Assembly (NCBI GenBank): GCA_030390025.1
Contig: JASTWF010000760.1
Coordinates: 1 to 64,000 of the forward strand
Direction: 5' to 3'
Source: Squalus acanthias
Taxonomy: Eukaryota
Length of the DNA stretch: 64,000 nt
Below the pieces are notes generated by a model that was given only the letters and a program-made list of their open reading frames with translations, made no database searches and was not told the DNA's origin. Of the stretch, positions 1 to 15,000 are shown in pieces. How positions within the stretch are numbered: position 1 is the first letter of the stretch; every line of letters begins with the position of its first letter. The position numbers and the translations under genes were made by a program.

Positions 1-3000
1 GTAATCCCCACCATGTTCAGGTTTGTGAACTGTCTCCGTGCTCTGTATCACTGTGTGTCTGTAATCCCCACCATGTTCAGGTTTGTGAACTCTCTCCGTG
101 CTCTGTATCACTGTGTGTCTGTAATCCCCACCATGTTCAGGTTGTTGAACTCCTCCGTGCTCTGTATCACTGTGTGTCTGTAATCCCCACCATGTTTCAG
201 GTTTGTGAACTCTCTCCGTGCTCTTATCACTGTGTGTCTGTAATCCTCACCATGTTCAGGTTTGTGAACTCTCTTCCGTGCTCTGTATCACTGTGGTCTG
301 TAATCCCACCATGTTCAGGTTTGTGAACTCGCTCCGTGCTCTGTAACACTCTGTGTGTCTTAATCCCACCATGTTCAGGTTTGTGAACTCTCTCCGTGCT
401 CTGTAGCACTGGTGTCTGTAATCCCCACCATGTTCAGGTTTGTGAACTCTCTCCGTGCTCTGTATCACTGTGTGTCTGTAATCCCCACCATGTTCAGGTT
501 TGTGAACTCTCTCCGTGCTCTGTATCACTGTGTGTCTGTAATCCCCACCATGTTCAGGTTTGTGAACTCTCTCCGTGCTCTGTATCACTGTGTGTCTGTA
601 ATCCCCACCATGTTCAGGTTTGTGAACTCTCTCCGTGCTCTGTATCACTGTGTGTCTGTAATCCCACCATGTTCAGGTTTGTGAACTCTCTCCGTGCTCT
701 GTATCACTGTGTGTCTGTAATCCCCACCATGTTCAGGTTTGTGAACTCTCTCCGTGCTCTGTATCACTGTGTGTCTGTAATCCTCACCATGTTCAGGTTT
801 GTGAACTCTCTCCGTGCTCTGTATCACTGTGTGTCTGTAATCCCCACCATGTTCAGGTTTGTGAACTCTCTCCGTGCTCTGTATCACTGTGTGTCTGTAA
901 TCCCCACCATGTTCAGGTTTGTGAACTCTCTCCGTGCTCTGTATCACTGTGTGTCTGTAATCCCCACCATGTTCAGGTTTGTGAACTCTCTCCGTGCTCT
1001 GTATCACTGTGTGTCTGTAATCCCCACCATGTTCAGGTTTGTGAACTCTCTCCGTGCTCTGTATCACTGTGTGTCTGTAATCCCCACCATGTTCAGGTTT
1101 GTGAACTCTCTCCGTGCTCTGTATCACTGTGTGTCTGTAATCCCCACCATGTTCAGGTTTGTGAACTCTCTCCGTGCTCTGTATCACTGTGTGTCTGTAA
1201 TCCCCACCATGTTCAGGTTTGTGAACTCTCTCCGTGCTCTGTATCACTGTGTGTCTGTAATCCCACCATGTTCAGGTTTGTGAACTCTCTCCGTGCTCTG
1301 TATCACTGTGTGTCTGTAATCCCCACCATGTTCAGGTTTGTGAACTCTCTCCGTGCTCTGTATCACTGTGTGTCTGTAATCCCCACCATGTTCAGGTTTG
1401 TGAACTCTCTCCGTGCTCTGTATCACTGTGTGTCTGTAATCCCCACCATGTTCAGGTTTGTGAACTCTCTCCGTGCTCTGTATCACTGTGTGTCTGTAAT
1501 CCCCACCATGTTCAGGTTTGTGAACTCTCTCCGTGCTCTGTATCACTGTGTCTGTAATCCCCACCATGTTCAGGTTTGTGAACTCTCTCCGTGCTCTGTA
1601 TCACTGTGTGTCTGTAATCCCCACCATGTTCAGGTTTGTGAACTCTCTCCGTGCTCTGTATCACTGTGTGTCTGTAATCCCACCATGTTCAGGTTTGTGA
1701 ACTCTCTCCGTGCTCTGTATCACTGTGTGTCTGTAATCCCCACCATGTTCAGGTTTGTGAACTCTCTCCGTGCTCTGTATCACTGTGTGTCTGTAATCCC
1801 CACCATGTTCAGGTTTGTGAACTCTCTCCGTGCTCTGTATCACTGTGTGTCTGTAATCCCCACCATGTTCAGGTTTGTGAACTCTCTCCGTGCTCTGTAT
1901 CACTGTGTGTCTGTAATCCCCACCATGTTCAGGTTTGTGAACTCTCTCCGTGCTCTGTATCACTGTGTGTCTGTAATCCTCACCATGTTCAGGTTTGTGA
2001 ACTCTCTCCGTGCTCTGTATCACTGTGTGTCTGTAATCCCCACCATGTTCAGGTTTGTGAACTCTCTCCGTGCTCTGTATCACTGTGTGTCTGTAATCCC
2101 CACCATGTTCAGGTTTGTGAACTCTCTCCGTGCTCTGTATCACTGTGTGTCTGTAATCCCACCATGTTCAGGTTTGTGAACTCTCTCCGTGCTCTGTATC
2201 ACTGTGTGTCTGTAATCCCCACCATGTTCAGGTTTGTGAACTCTCTCCGTGCTCTGTATCACTGTGTGTCTGTAATCCCCACCATGTTCAGGTTTGTGAA
2301 CTCTCTCCGTGCTCTGTATCACTGTGTGTCTGTAATCCCCACCATGTTCAGGTTTGAACTCTCTCCGTGCTCTGTATCACTGTGTGTCTGTAATCCCCAC
2401 CATGTTCAGGTTTGTGAACTCTCTCCGTGCTCTGTATCACTGTGTGTCTGTAATCCCCACCATGTTCAGGTTTGTGAACTCTCTCCGTGCTCTGTATCAC
2501 TGTGTGTCTGTAATCCCACCATGTTCAGGTTTGTGAACTCTCTCCGTGCTCTGTATCACTGTGTGTCTGTAATCCCCACCATGTTCAGGTTTGTGAACTC
2601 TCTCCGTGCTCTGTATCACTGTGTGTCTGTAATCCCCACCATGTTCAGGTTTGTGAACTCTCTCCGTGCTCTGTATCACTGTGTGTCTGTAATCCCCACC
2701 ATGTTCAGGTTTGTGAACTCTCTCCGTGCTCTGTATCACTGTGTGTCTGTAATCCCCACCATGTTCAGGTTTGTGAACTCTCTCCGTGCTCTGTATCACT
2801 GTGTGTCTGTAATCCCCACCATGTTCAGGTTTGTGAACTCTCTCCGTGCTCTGTATCACTGTGTGTCTGTAATCCCCACCATGTTCAGGTTTGTGAACTC
2901 TCTCCGTGCTCTGTATCACTGTGTGTCTGTAATCCCCACCATGTTCAGGTTTGTGAACTCTCTCCGTGCTCTGTATCACTGTGTGTCTGTAATCCCCACA

Positions 3001-6000
3001 TGTTCAGGTTGTTAACTCTCTCCGTGATCTGTATCACGTGAGTCTGTAATCACCACCATGTTCGTGGATTGTGAACACTCTTCGTGACCTGCTATCACTG
3101 TGTGTCCTGATAATCCCCACCATGTTCAGGTTGTGATACTCTTCTCCGTGCTCTGCTATTACTCCGTGTCTGTAATCCTCACCATGTTCAGGTATGTGAA
3201 CTCTCTCCGAGCTCTGTATCTCTGTGTCTGGTAATCCTCACCTATTAACCGGTTTGTGAACTCTCTCCGTGCTCTCTATCAACTGTGTGTCTGTAATCCC
3301 ACAATGTTCAGGTCTTGTGAACTCTCTCCGTGCTCTGTATCTCCGTGTGTCTAAATCCCCACCATGTCAGGTTTGTGAACTCTCTCCGTGCTCTGTATCA
3401 CTGTGTGTCTGTAATCCCACCATGTTCAGGTTTGTGAACTCTCTCCGTGCTCTGTATCACTGTGTGTCTGTAATCCCACCATGTTCAGGTTTGTGAACTC
3501 TCTCCGTGCTCTGTATCACTGTGTGTCTGTAATCCCACCATGTTCAGGTTTGTGAACTCTCTCCGTGCTCTGTATCACTGTGTGTCTGTAATCCTCACCA
3601 TGTTCAGGTTTGTGAACTCTCTCCGTGCTCTGTATCACTGTGTGTCTGTAATCCCCACCATGTTCAGGTTTGTGAACTCTCTCCGTGCTCTGTATCACTG
3701 TGTCTGTAATCCCCACCATGTTCAGGTTTGTGAACTCTCTCCGTGCTCTGTATCACTGTGTGTCTGTAATCCCACCATGTTCAGGTTTGTGAACTCTCTC
3801 CGTGCTCTGTATCACTGTGTGTCTGTAATCCCCACCATGTTCAGGTTTGTGAACTCTCTCCGTGCTCTGTATCACTGTGTGTCTGTAATCCCACCATGTT
3901 CAGGTTTGTGAACTCTCTCCGTGCTCTGTATCACTGTGTGTCTGTAATCCCCACCATGTTCAGGTTTGTGAACTCTCTCCGTGCTCTCTATCACTGTGTG
4001 TCTGTAATCTCCACCATGTTCAGGTTGTGAACTCTCTCCGGTGCTCTGTATCACTGTGTGTCTGTAATCCCACCATGTTCAGGTTTGTGAACTCTCTCCG
4101 TGCTCTGTATCACTGTGTGTCTGTAATCCCCACCATGTTCAGGTTTGTGAACTCTCTCCGTGCTCTGTATCACTGTGTGTCTGTAATCCCCACCATGTTC
4201 AGGTTTGTGAACTCTCTCCGTGCTCTGTATCACTGTGTGTCTGTAATCCCCACCATGTTCAGGTTTGTGAACTCTCTCCGTGCTCTGTATCACTGTGAGT
4301 CTGTAATCCCCACCATGTTCAGGTTTGTGAACTCTCTCCGTGCTCTCGTATCACTGTGTGTCTGTAATCCCCACCATGTTCAGGTTTGTGAACTCTCTCG
4401 TGCTCTCGTATCACTGTGTGTCTGTAATCCCCACCATGTTCAGGTTTGTGAACTCTCTCCGTGCTCTGTATCACTGTGTGTCTGTAATCCTCACCATGTT
4501 CAGGTTCTGTGAACTCTCTCCGTGCTCTGTATCACTGTGTGTCTGTAATCCCCTCCATGTTCAGCGTTTGTGATCTCTCTCCGTGCTCTGTATCACTGTG
4601 TGTCTGTAATCCCCACCATGTCAGGTTTGTGAACTCTCTCCGTGCTCTGTATCACTGTGTGTCTGTAATCCCCACCATGTTCAGGCTTGTGAACTCTCTC
4701 CGGCTCGGTATCACTGTGTGTCTGTAATCCCCACCATGTTCAGGTTTGTGAACTCTCTCCGTGCTCTCTATCACTGTGTGTCTGTATCCCCACCATGTTC
4801 AGTTTGTGAACTCTCTCCGTGCTCTGTATCACTGTGTGTCTGTAATCCTCCACATGTTCAGGTTTGTGAACTCTCTCCGTGCTCTGCTCACACTGTGTGT
4901 CTGTAATCCCCACCATGTTCAGGTTTGTGAACTCTCTCCGTGCTCTGTATCACTGTGTCTGTAATCCCCACCATGTCAGGTTTAGTGAACTCTCTCCGTG
5001 CTCCTGTATCACTGTGTGTCTGTCATCCCCACCATGTTCAGGTCTGTGAACTCTCTCCGTGCTCTGTCTCCACTGTGTGTCTGTAATCCCCACCATGTTC
5101 AGGTTTGTGAACTCTCTCCGTGCTCTGTATCACTGTGTGTCTGTAATCCCCACATGTTCAGGTTTTGTGAACTCTCTCCGTGCTCTGTATCACTGTGTGT
5201 CTGTAATCCCCACCATGTTCAGGTTTGTGAACTCTCTCCGTGCTCTGTATCACTGTGTGTCTGTAATCCCCACCATGTTCAGGTTTGTGAACTTTCTCCG
5301 TGCTCTGTATCCATGTGCTGTCTGTAATCCCCACCATGTTCAGGTTTGTGACTCTCTCCGTGCTCTGTATCACTGTGTGTCTGTAATCCCCAACCATGTT
5401 CAGGTTTGTGAACTCTCTCCGTGCTCTGTATCACTGTGTCTCTGTAATCCCCACCATGTTCAGGTTTGTGAACTCTCTCCGTGCTCTGTATCATCTGTGT
5501 GTCTGTAATCCCCACCATGTTCAGGTTTGTGAACTCTCTCCGTGCTCTGCTATCACTGTGTGTCTGAATCCCCACCATGTTCAGGTTTGTGAACTCTCTC
5601 CGTGCTCTGTATCACTGTGTGTCTGTAATCCCCCACCATGTTCAGGTTTGTGAACTCTCTCCGTGCTCTCTATCACTGTGTGTCTGTAATCCCTCACCAT
5701 GTTCAGGTTTGTGAACTCTCTCCGTGCTCTTTTATCACTGTGTGTCTGTAATCTCCACCCATGTTCAGGTTTGTGAACTCTCTCCAGTGCTCTGTATCAC
5801 TGTGTGTCTGTAATCCCCACCATGTTCAGGTTTGTGTACTCTCTCCGTGCTCTGTATCACTGTGTGTCTGTAATCCTCACCATGTTCAGGTTTGTGAACT
5901 CTCTCCGTCGCTCTGTATCACTGTGTGTCTGTAATCCCCACCATGTTCAGGTTTGTGAACTCTCTCCGTGCTCTGTATCACTGTGTGTCCTGTAATCCCC

Positions 6001-9000
6001 ACCATGTTCAGGTTTGTGAACTCTCTCCGTGCTCTGTATCACTGTGTGTCTGTAATCCCCACCATGTTCAGGTTTGTGAACTCTCTCCGTGCTCTGTATC
6101 ACTGTGTCTGTAATCCCCACCATGTTCAGGTTTGTGAACTCTCTCCGTGCTCTGTATCACTGTGTGTCTGTAATCCCCACCATGTTCAGGTTTGTGAACT
6201 CTCTCCGTGCTCTGTATCACTGTGTGTCTGTAATCCCCACCATGTTCAGGTTTGTGAACTCTCTCCGTGCTCTGTATCACTGTGTGTCTGTAATCCCCAC
6301 CATGTTCAGGTTTGTGAACTCTCTCCGTGCTCTGTATCACTGTGTGTCTGTAATCCCCACCATGTTCAGGTTTGTGAACTCTCTCCGTGCTCTGTATCAC
6401 TGTGTGTCTGTAATCCCCACCATGTTCAGGTTTGTGAACTCTCTCCGTGCTCTGTATCACTGTGTGTCTGTAATCCCCACCATGTTCAGGTTTGTGAACT
6501 CTCTCCGTGCTCTGTATCACTGTGTGTCTGTAATCCCCACCATGTTCAGGTTTGTGAACTCTCTCCGTGCTCTGTATCACTGTGTGTCTGTAATCCCCAC
6601 CATGTTCAGGTTTGTGAACTCTCTCCGTGCTCTGTATCACTGTGTGTCTGTAATCCCCACCATGTTCAGGTTTGTGAACTCTCTCCGTGCTCTGTATCAC
6701 TGTGTGTCTGTAATCCCCACCATGTTCAGGTTTGTGAACTCTCTCCGTGCTCTGTATCACTGTGTGTCTGTAATCCTCACCATGTTCAGGTTTGTGAACT
6801 CTCTCCGTGCTCTGTATCACTGTGTGTCTGTAATCCCCACCATGTTCAGGTTTGTGAACTCTCTCCGTGCTCTGTATCACTGTGTGTCTGTAATCCCCAC
6901 CATGTTCAGGTTTGTGAACTCTCTCCGTGCTCTGTATCACTGTGTGTCTGTAATCCCCACCATGTTCAGGTTTGTGAACTCTCTCCGTGCTCTGTATCAC
7001 TGTGTGTCTGTAATCCCACCATGTTCAGGCTTTGTGAACTCTCTCCGTGCTCTGTATCACTGTGTGTCTGTAATCCCCACCATGTTCAGGTTTGTGAACT
7101 CTCTCCGTGCTCTCTATCACTGTGTGTCTGTAATCCCCACCATGTTCAGGTTTGTGAACTCTCTCTCGTGCTCCTGTATCACTGTGTGTCTGTAATCCCT
7201 ACAATGTTCCAGGTTTGTGAACTCTCTCCGTGCTCTCGTATCACTGTGTGTCTGTAATCCCCACCATGGTTCAGGTTTGTGAACTCTCTCCGTGCTCTGT
7301 ATCACTGTGTGTCTGTAATCCCACCATGTTCAGGTTTGTGAACTCTCTCCGTGCTCTGTATCACTGTGTGTCTGTAATCCCCACCATGTTCAGGTTTGTG
7401 AACTCTCTCCGTGCTCTGTAACACTGTGTGTCTGTAATCCCACGCATGTCAGGTTTGTGAACTCTCTCCGTGCTCTGTATCACTGTGTGTCTGTAATCCT
7501 CCACCAAGTTCAGGTTTGTGAACTCTCTCCGTAGCTCTGTATCACTGTGTGTCTGTAATCCCCACCATGTTCAGGTTTGTGAACTCTCTCCGTGCTCTGC
7601 TATCACTGTGTGTCTTAATCCCCTCCATGTTCAGGTTTGTGAACTCTCTCCGTGCTCTGCTAATCACTGTGTGTCTGTATCCCAACAGGTTCAGGTTTGT
7701 GAATCTCTCTCCCGTGCTCCCTGTATCACTGTCCGTGTCTGTATCCTCACTATGTTTTCAGGTATGTTGAACCTCCTCTCCGTGCCTCATAATCACTGTG
7801 TGTCTGTAATCCCCACCATGTTCAGGTTTTGTGAACTCTCTCCGTGCTCTGTATCACTGTGTGTCTGTAATCGTCCACCATGTTCAGGTTTGTGAACTCT
7901 CTCCGTGCTCTGTATCACTGTGTTCTGTAATCCCACCATGTTCAGGTTTGTGAACTCTCTCCGTGCTCTGTATCACTGTGTGTTCTGTAATCCTCACCAT
8001 GTTCAGGATTGTGAACTCTCTCCGTGCTCTGTATCACTGTGTGTCTGTAATCCCCACCATGTTCAGGTTTGTGAACTCTCTCCGTGCTCTCTATCACTGT
8101 GTGTCTGTAATCCCCACCATGTTCAGGTTTGTGAACTCTCTCCGTGCTCTGTATCACTGTGTGTCTGTAATCCCCACCATGTTCAGGTTTGTGAACTCTC
8201 TCCGTGCTCTGTATCACTGTGTGTCTGTAATCCCACCATGTTCAGGTTTGTGAACTCTCTCCGTGCTCTGTATCACTGTGTGTCTGTAATCCCCACCATG
8301 TTCAGGTTTGTGAACTCTCTCCGTGCTCTGTATCACTGTGTGTCTGTAATCCCCACCATGTTCAGGTTTGTGAACTCTCTCCGTGCTCTGTATCACTGTG
8401 TGTCTGTAATCCTCACCATGTTCAGGTTTGTGAACTCTCTCCGTGCTCTGTATCACTGTGTGTCTGTAATCCCCACCATGTTCAGGTTTGTGAACTCTCT
8501 CCGTGCTCTGTTCACTGTGTGTCTGTAATCTCCACCATGTTCAGGTTTGTGAACTCTCTCCGTGCTCTGTATCACTGTGTCTGTAATCCCCACCATGTTC
8601 AGGTTTGTGAACTCTCTCCGTGCTCTGTATCACTGTGTGTCTGTTAATCCTCACCATGTTCATGTTTGTGAACTCTCTCCGTGCTCTGTATCACTGTGTG
8701 TCTGTAATCCTCCACCATGTTCAGGTTTGTGAACTCTCTCCGTGCTCTGTATCACTGTGTGTCTGTAATCCCCACCATGTTCAGGTTTGTGAACTCTCTC
8801 CGTGCTCTCTATCACTGTGTGTCTGTAATCCCCACCATGTTCAGGTTTGTGAACTCTCTCCGTGCTCTGTATCACTGTGTGTCTGTAATCCTCACCATAG
8901 TTCAGGTTTGTGAACTCTCTCCGTGCTCTGTATCACTGTGTGTCTGTAATCCCCACCATGTTCAGGTTTGTGAACTCTCTCCGTGCTCTGTATCACTGTG

Positions 9001-12000
9001 GTCTGTAATCCCCACCATGTTCAGGTTTGTGAACTCTCTCCGTGCTCTGTATCACTGTGTGTCTGTAATCCCACCATGTTCAGGTTTGTGACTCTCTCCG
9101 TGCTCTGTATCACTGTGTCTGTAATCCCCACCATGTTCAGGTTGTGAACTCTCTCCGTGCTCTGTATCACTGTGTGTCTGTAATCCCCACCATGTTCAGG
9201 TTTGTGAACTCTCTCCGTGCTCTGTATCACGTGTGTCTGTAATCCCCACCATGTTCAGTTTGTGTACTCTCTCCGTGCACTGTATCACTGTGTGTCTGTA
9301 ATCCTCACCATGTTCAGTTTGTGAACTCTCTCCGTGCTCTGTATCACTGTGTGTCTGTAATCCTCACCATGTTCAGGTTTGTGAACTCTCTCCGTGCTCT
9401 GTATCACTGTGTGTCTGTAATCCCCACCATGTTCTGGTTGCTGAACTCTCTCCGTGCTCTCTATCACTGTGTGTCTGTAATCCCACCATGTTCAGGTTTG
9501 TGAACTCTCTCCGTGCTCTGTATCACTGTGTGTCTGTAATCCCTCACCATGTTCAGGTTTGTGAACTCTCTCCGTGCTCTGTATCACTGTGTGTCTGTAA
9601 TCCCACCATGTTCAGGTTTGTGAACTCTCTCCGTGCTCTGTATCACTGTGTGTCTGTAATCCTCACCATGTTCAGGTTTGTGAACTCTCTCCGTGCTCTC
9701 TATCACTGTGTGTCTGTAATCCCCACCATGTTCAGGTTTGTGAACTCTCTCCGTGCTCTGTATCACTGTGTGTCTGTAATCCCCACCATGTTCAGGTTTG
9801 TGAACTCTCTCCGTGCTCTGTATCACTGTGTGTCTGTAATCCCCACCATGTTCAGGTTTGTGAACTCTCTCCGTGCTCTGTATCACTGTGTGTCTGTAAT
9901 CCTCACCATGTTCAGGTTTGTGAACTCTCTCCGTGCTCTGTATCACTGTGTGTCTGTAATCCCACCATGTTCAGGTTTGTGAACTCTCTCCGTGCTCTGT
10001 ATCACTGTGTGTCTGTAATCCCCACCATGTTCAGGTTTGTGAACTCTCTCCGTGCTCTGTATCACTGTGTGTCTGTAATCCCCACCATGTTCAGGTTTGT
10101 GAACTCTCTCCGTGCTCTGTATCACTGTGTGTCTGTAATCCCACCATGTTCAGGTTTGTGAACTCTCTCCGTGCTCTGTATCACTGTGTGTCTGTAATCC
10201 CCACCATGTTCAGGTTTGTGAACTCTCTCCGTGCTCTCTATCACTGTGTGTCTGTAATCCCCACCATGTTCAGGTTTGTGAACTCTCTCCGTGCTCTGTA
10301 TCACTGTGTGTCTGTAATCCCCACCATGTTCAGGTTTGTGAACTCTCTCCGTGCTCTGTATCACTGTGTGTCTGTAATCCCCACCATGTTCAGGTTTGTG
10401 AACTCTCTCCGTGCTCTGTATCACTGTGTGTCTGTAATCCCCACCATGTTCAGGTTTGTGAACTCTCTCCGTGCTCTGTATCACTGTGTGTCTGTAATCC
10501 CACCATGTTCAGGTTTGTGAACTCTCTCCGTGCTCTGTATCACTGTGTGTCTGTAATCCCCACCATGTTCAGGTTTGTGAACTCTCTCCGTGCTCTGTAT
10601 CACTGTGTGTCTGTAATCCCACCATGTTCAGGTTTGTGAACTCTCTCCGTGCTCTGTATCACTGTGTGTCTGTAATCCCCACCATGTTCAGGTTTGTGAA
10701 CTCTCTCCGTGCTCTGTATCACTGTGTGTCTGTAATCCCCACCATGTTCAGGTTTGTGAACTCTCTCCGTGCTCTCTATCACTGTGTGTCTGTAATCCCC
10801 ACCATGTTCAGGTTTGTGAACTCTCTCCGTGCTCTGTATCACTGTGTGTCTGTAATCCTCCACCATGTTCAGGTTTGTGAACTCTCTCCGTGCTCTGTAT
10901 CACTGTGTGTCTGTAATCCTCACCATGTTCAGGTTTGTGAACTCTCTCCGTGCTCTGTATCACTGTGTGTCTGTAATCCCCACCATGTTCAGGTTTGTGA
11001 ACTCTCTCCGTGCTCTGTATCACTGTGTGTCTGTAATCCTCACCATGTTCAGGTTTGTGAACTCTCTCCGTGCTCTGTATCACTGTGCTCTGTAATCCCC
11101 ACCATGTTCAGGTTTGTGAACTCTCTCCGTGCTCTGTATCACTGTGTGTCTGTAATCCCCACCATGTTCAGGTTTGTGAACTCTCTCCGTGCTCTCTATC
11201 ACTGTGTGTCTGTAATCCCCACCATGTTCAGGTTTGTGAACTCTCTCCGTGCTCTGTATCACTGTGTGTCTGTAATCCCCACCATGTTCAGGTTTGTGAA
11301 CTCTCTCCGTGCTCTCTATCACTGTGTGTCTGTAATCCCCACCATGTTCAGGTTTGTGAACTCTCTCCGTGCTCTGCATCACTGTGTGTCTGTAATCCCC
11401 ACCATGTTCAGGTTTGTGAACTCTCTCCGTGCTCTGTATCACTGTGTGTCTGTAATCCCCACCATGTTCAGGTTTGTGAACTCTCTCCGTGCTCTCTATC
11501 ACTGTGTGTCCTGTAATCCCCACCATGTTCAGGTTTGTGAACTCTCTCCGTGCTCTGTATCACTGTGTGTCTGTAATCCCCACCATGTTCAAGTTTGTGA
11601 ACTCTCTCCGTGCTCTGTATCACTGTGTGTCTGTAATCCTCCACCATGTTCAGTTTGTGAACTCTCTCTCGTGCTCTGTATCACTGTGTGTCTGTAATCC
11701 CACCATGTTCAGGTTTGTGAACTCTCTCCGTGCTCTGTATCACTGTGTGTCTGTAATCCCCACCATGTTCAGGTTTGTGAACTCTCTCCGTGCTCTGTAT
11801 CACTGTGTGTCTGTAATCCCCACCATGTTCAGGTTTGTGAACTCTCTCCGTGCTCTGTATCACTGTGTGTCTGTAATCCCCACCATGTTCAGGTTTGTGA
11901 ACTCTCTCCGTGCTCTGTATCACTGTGTCTGTAATCCCCACCATGTTAATGTTTGTGAACTCTCTCGTGCTCTGTATCACTATGTGCCTTTAATCCCCAC

Positions 12001-15000
12001 CATGTTCAGGTTTGTGAACTCTCTCCGTGCTCTGTATCACTGTGTGTCTGTAATCCCACCATGTTCAGGTTTGTGAACTCTCTCCGTGCTCTCTATCACT
12101 GTGTGTCTGTAATCCCTCACCATGTTCAGCTTGTGAACTCTCTCCGTGCTCTGTATCACTGTGTGTCTGTAATCCTCACCATGTTCAGGTTTGTGAACTC
12201 TCTCCGTGCTCTGTATCACTGTGTGTCTTAATCCCCACCATGTTCAGGTTTGTGAACTCTCTCCGTGCTCTGCTATCACTGTGTGTCTGTAATCCCCACC
12301 ATGTTCAGGTTTGTGAACTCTCTCCGGTGCTCTCTATCACTGTGTGTCTGTAATCCTCACCATGTTCAGGTTTGTGAACTCTCTCCGTGCTCTGTATCAC
12401 TGTGTGTCTGTAATCCCCACCATGTTCAGGTTTGTGAACTCTCTCCGTGCTCTGTATCACTGTGTGTCTGTAATCCCCACCATGTTCAGGTTTGTGAACT
12501 CTCTCCGTGCTCTGTATCACTGTGTGTCTGTAATCCCCACCATGTTCAGGTTGTGAACTCTCTCCTGTGCTCTGTATCACTGTGTGTCTGTAATCCCCAC
12601 CATGTTCAGGTTTGTGAACTCTCCTCCGTGCTCTGTATCACTGTGGTCTGTAATCCCCACCATGTTCAGGTTTGTGAACTCTCTCCTTGCTCTGTATCAC
12701 TGTGTGTCTGTAATCCCCACCATGTTCAGGTTTGTGAACTCTCTCCGTGCTCTGTATCACTGTGTGTCTGTAATCCTCACCATGTTCAGGTTGTGAACTC
12801 TCTCCGTGCTCTGTATCACTGTGTGTCTGTAATCCCACCATGTTCAGGTTTGTTGAACTCTCTCCGTGCTCTGTATCACTGTGTGTCTGTAATCCCCACA
12901 ATGTTCAGGTTTGTGAATTCTCTCCGCTGCTCGGTATCACTGTGCTGTCTGTTAATCCCCACCATGCTTCAGTTTTGTGAAACTCTCCGTGCTCTGATAT
13001 CACTGTGTGGTCTGTATTCCCTCACCATGTTCAGGTTTGTGAACTCTCTCCGTGCTCTGTATCACTGTGTGGTCGTAATCCCAACCATGTTCAGGTTTGT
13101 GAACTCTCTCCGTGCTCTGTATCACTGTGTGTCTGTATTCCCCACCATGTTCAGGTTTGTGAACTCTCTCCGTGCTCTGTATCACTGTGTGTCTTTAATC
13201 CCCACCATGTTCAGGTTTGTGAACTCTCTCCGTGCTCTGTATCACTGTGTGTCTGTAATCCCCACCATGTTCAGGTTTGTGAACTCTCTCCGTGCTCTGT
13301 AGCACTGTGTGTCTGTAATCCCCACCATGTTCAGGTTTGTGAACTCTCTCCGTGCTCTGTATCACTGTGTGTCTGTAATCCCCACCATGTTCAGGCTTGT
13401 GAACTCTCTCCGTGCTCTGTATCACTGTGTGTCTGTAATCCTCACCATGTTCAGGTTTGTGAACTCTCTCCGTGCTCTGTATCACTGTGTGTCTGTAATC
13501 CCCACCATGTTCAGGTTTGTGAACTCTCTCCGTGCTCTATATCACTGTGTGTCTGTAATCCCCACCATGTTCAGGTTTGTGAACTCTCTCCGTGCTCTGT
13601 ATCACTGTGTGTCTGTAATCCCCACCATGTCAGGTTTTGGGAACTCTCTCCGTGCTCTGTATCACTGTGTGTCTGTAATCCCCACCATGTTCAGGTTTGT
13701 GAACTCTCTCCGTGCTCTTTATCACTGGTGTCTGTAATCCTCACCATGTTCAGGTTTGTGAACTCTCTCCGTGCTCTGTATCACTGTGTGTCTGTAATCC
13801 CCACCATGTTCAGGTTTGTGAACTCTCTCCGTGCTCTGTATCACTGTGTTCTGTAATCCCACCATGTTCAGGTTTGTGAACTCTCTCCGTGCTCTGTATC
13901 ACCGTGTGTCTGTAATCCTCACCATGTTCAGGTTTGTGACTCTCTCCGTGCTCTGTATCACTGTGTGTCTGTAATCCCCACCTGTTCAGTTTGTGAACTC
14001 TCTCCGTGCTCTGTATCACTGTGTGTCCTGTAATCCCCACCATGTTCAGGCTTGTGAACTCTCTCCGTGCTCTGTATCACTGTGTGTCTGTAATCCTCAC
14101 CATGTTCAGTTTGTGAACTCTCTCCGTGCTCTGTATCACTGTGTTCTGTAATCCCACCATGTTCAGGTTGTGAACTCTCTCCGTGCTCTGTATCACTGTG
14201 GTCTGTAATCCCCACCATGTTCAGTTTGTGAACTCTCTCCGTGCTCTGTATCACTGTGTGTCTGTAATCCCACCATGTTCAGGTTTGTGAACTCTCTCCG
14301 TGCTCTGTATCACTGTGTGTCTGTAATCCCCACCATGTTCAGGTTTGTGAACTCTCTCCGTGCTCTGTTCACTGTGTCTGTAATCCCCACCATGTTCAGG
14401 TTTGTGAACTCTCTCCCGTGCTCGTATCACTGGTGTCTGTAATCCCCACCATGTTCAGGTTGTGAACTCTCTCCGTGCTCTGTAATCACTGTGTGTCTGT
14501 AATCCCACCATGTTCAGGTTTGTGAACTCTCTCCGTGCTCATTTCACTGTGTGTCTGTAATCCCCACCATGTTCAGGTTTGTGAACTCTCTCCGTGCTCT
14601 GTATCACTGTGTGTCTGTAATCCCCACCATGTTCAGGTTTGTGAACTCTCTCCGTGCTCTGTATCACTGTGTGTCTGTAATCCCACCATGTTCAGGTTTG
14701 TGAACTCTCTCCGTGCTCTGTATCACTGTGTGTCTGTAATCCCACCATGTTCAGGTTTGTGAACTCTCTCCGTGCTCTGTATCACTGTGTGTCTGTAATC
14801 CCCACCATGTTCAGGTTTGTGAACTCTCTCCGTGCTCTGTATCACTGTGTGTCTGTAATCCCCACCATGTTCAGGTTTGTGAACTCTCTCCGTGCTCTGT
14901 ATCACTGTGTGTCTGTAATCCTCACCATGTTCAGGTTTGTGAACTCTCTCCGTGCTCTGTATCACTGTGTGTCTGTAATCCCCACCATGTTCAGGTTTGT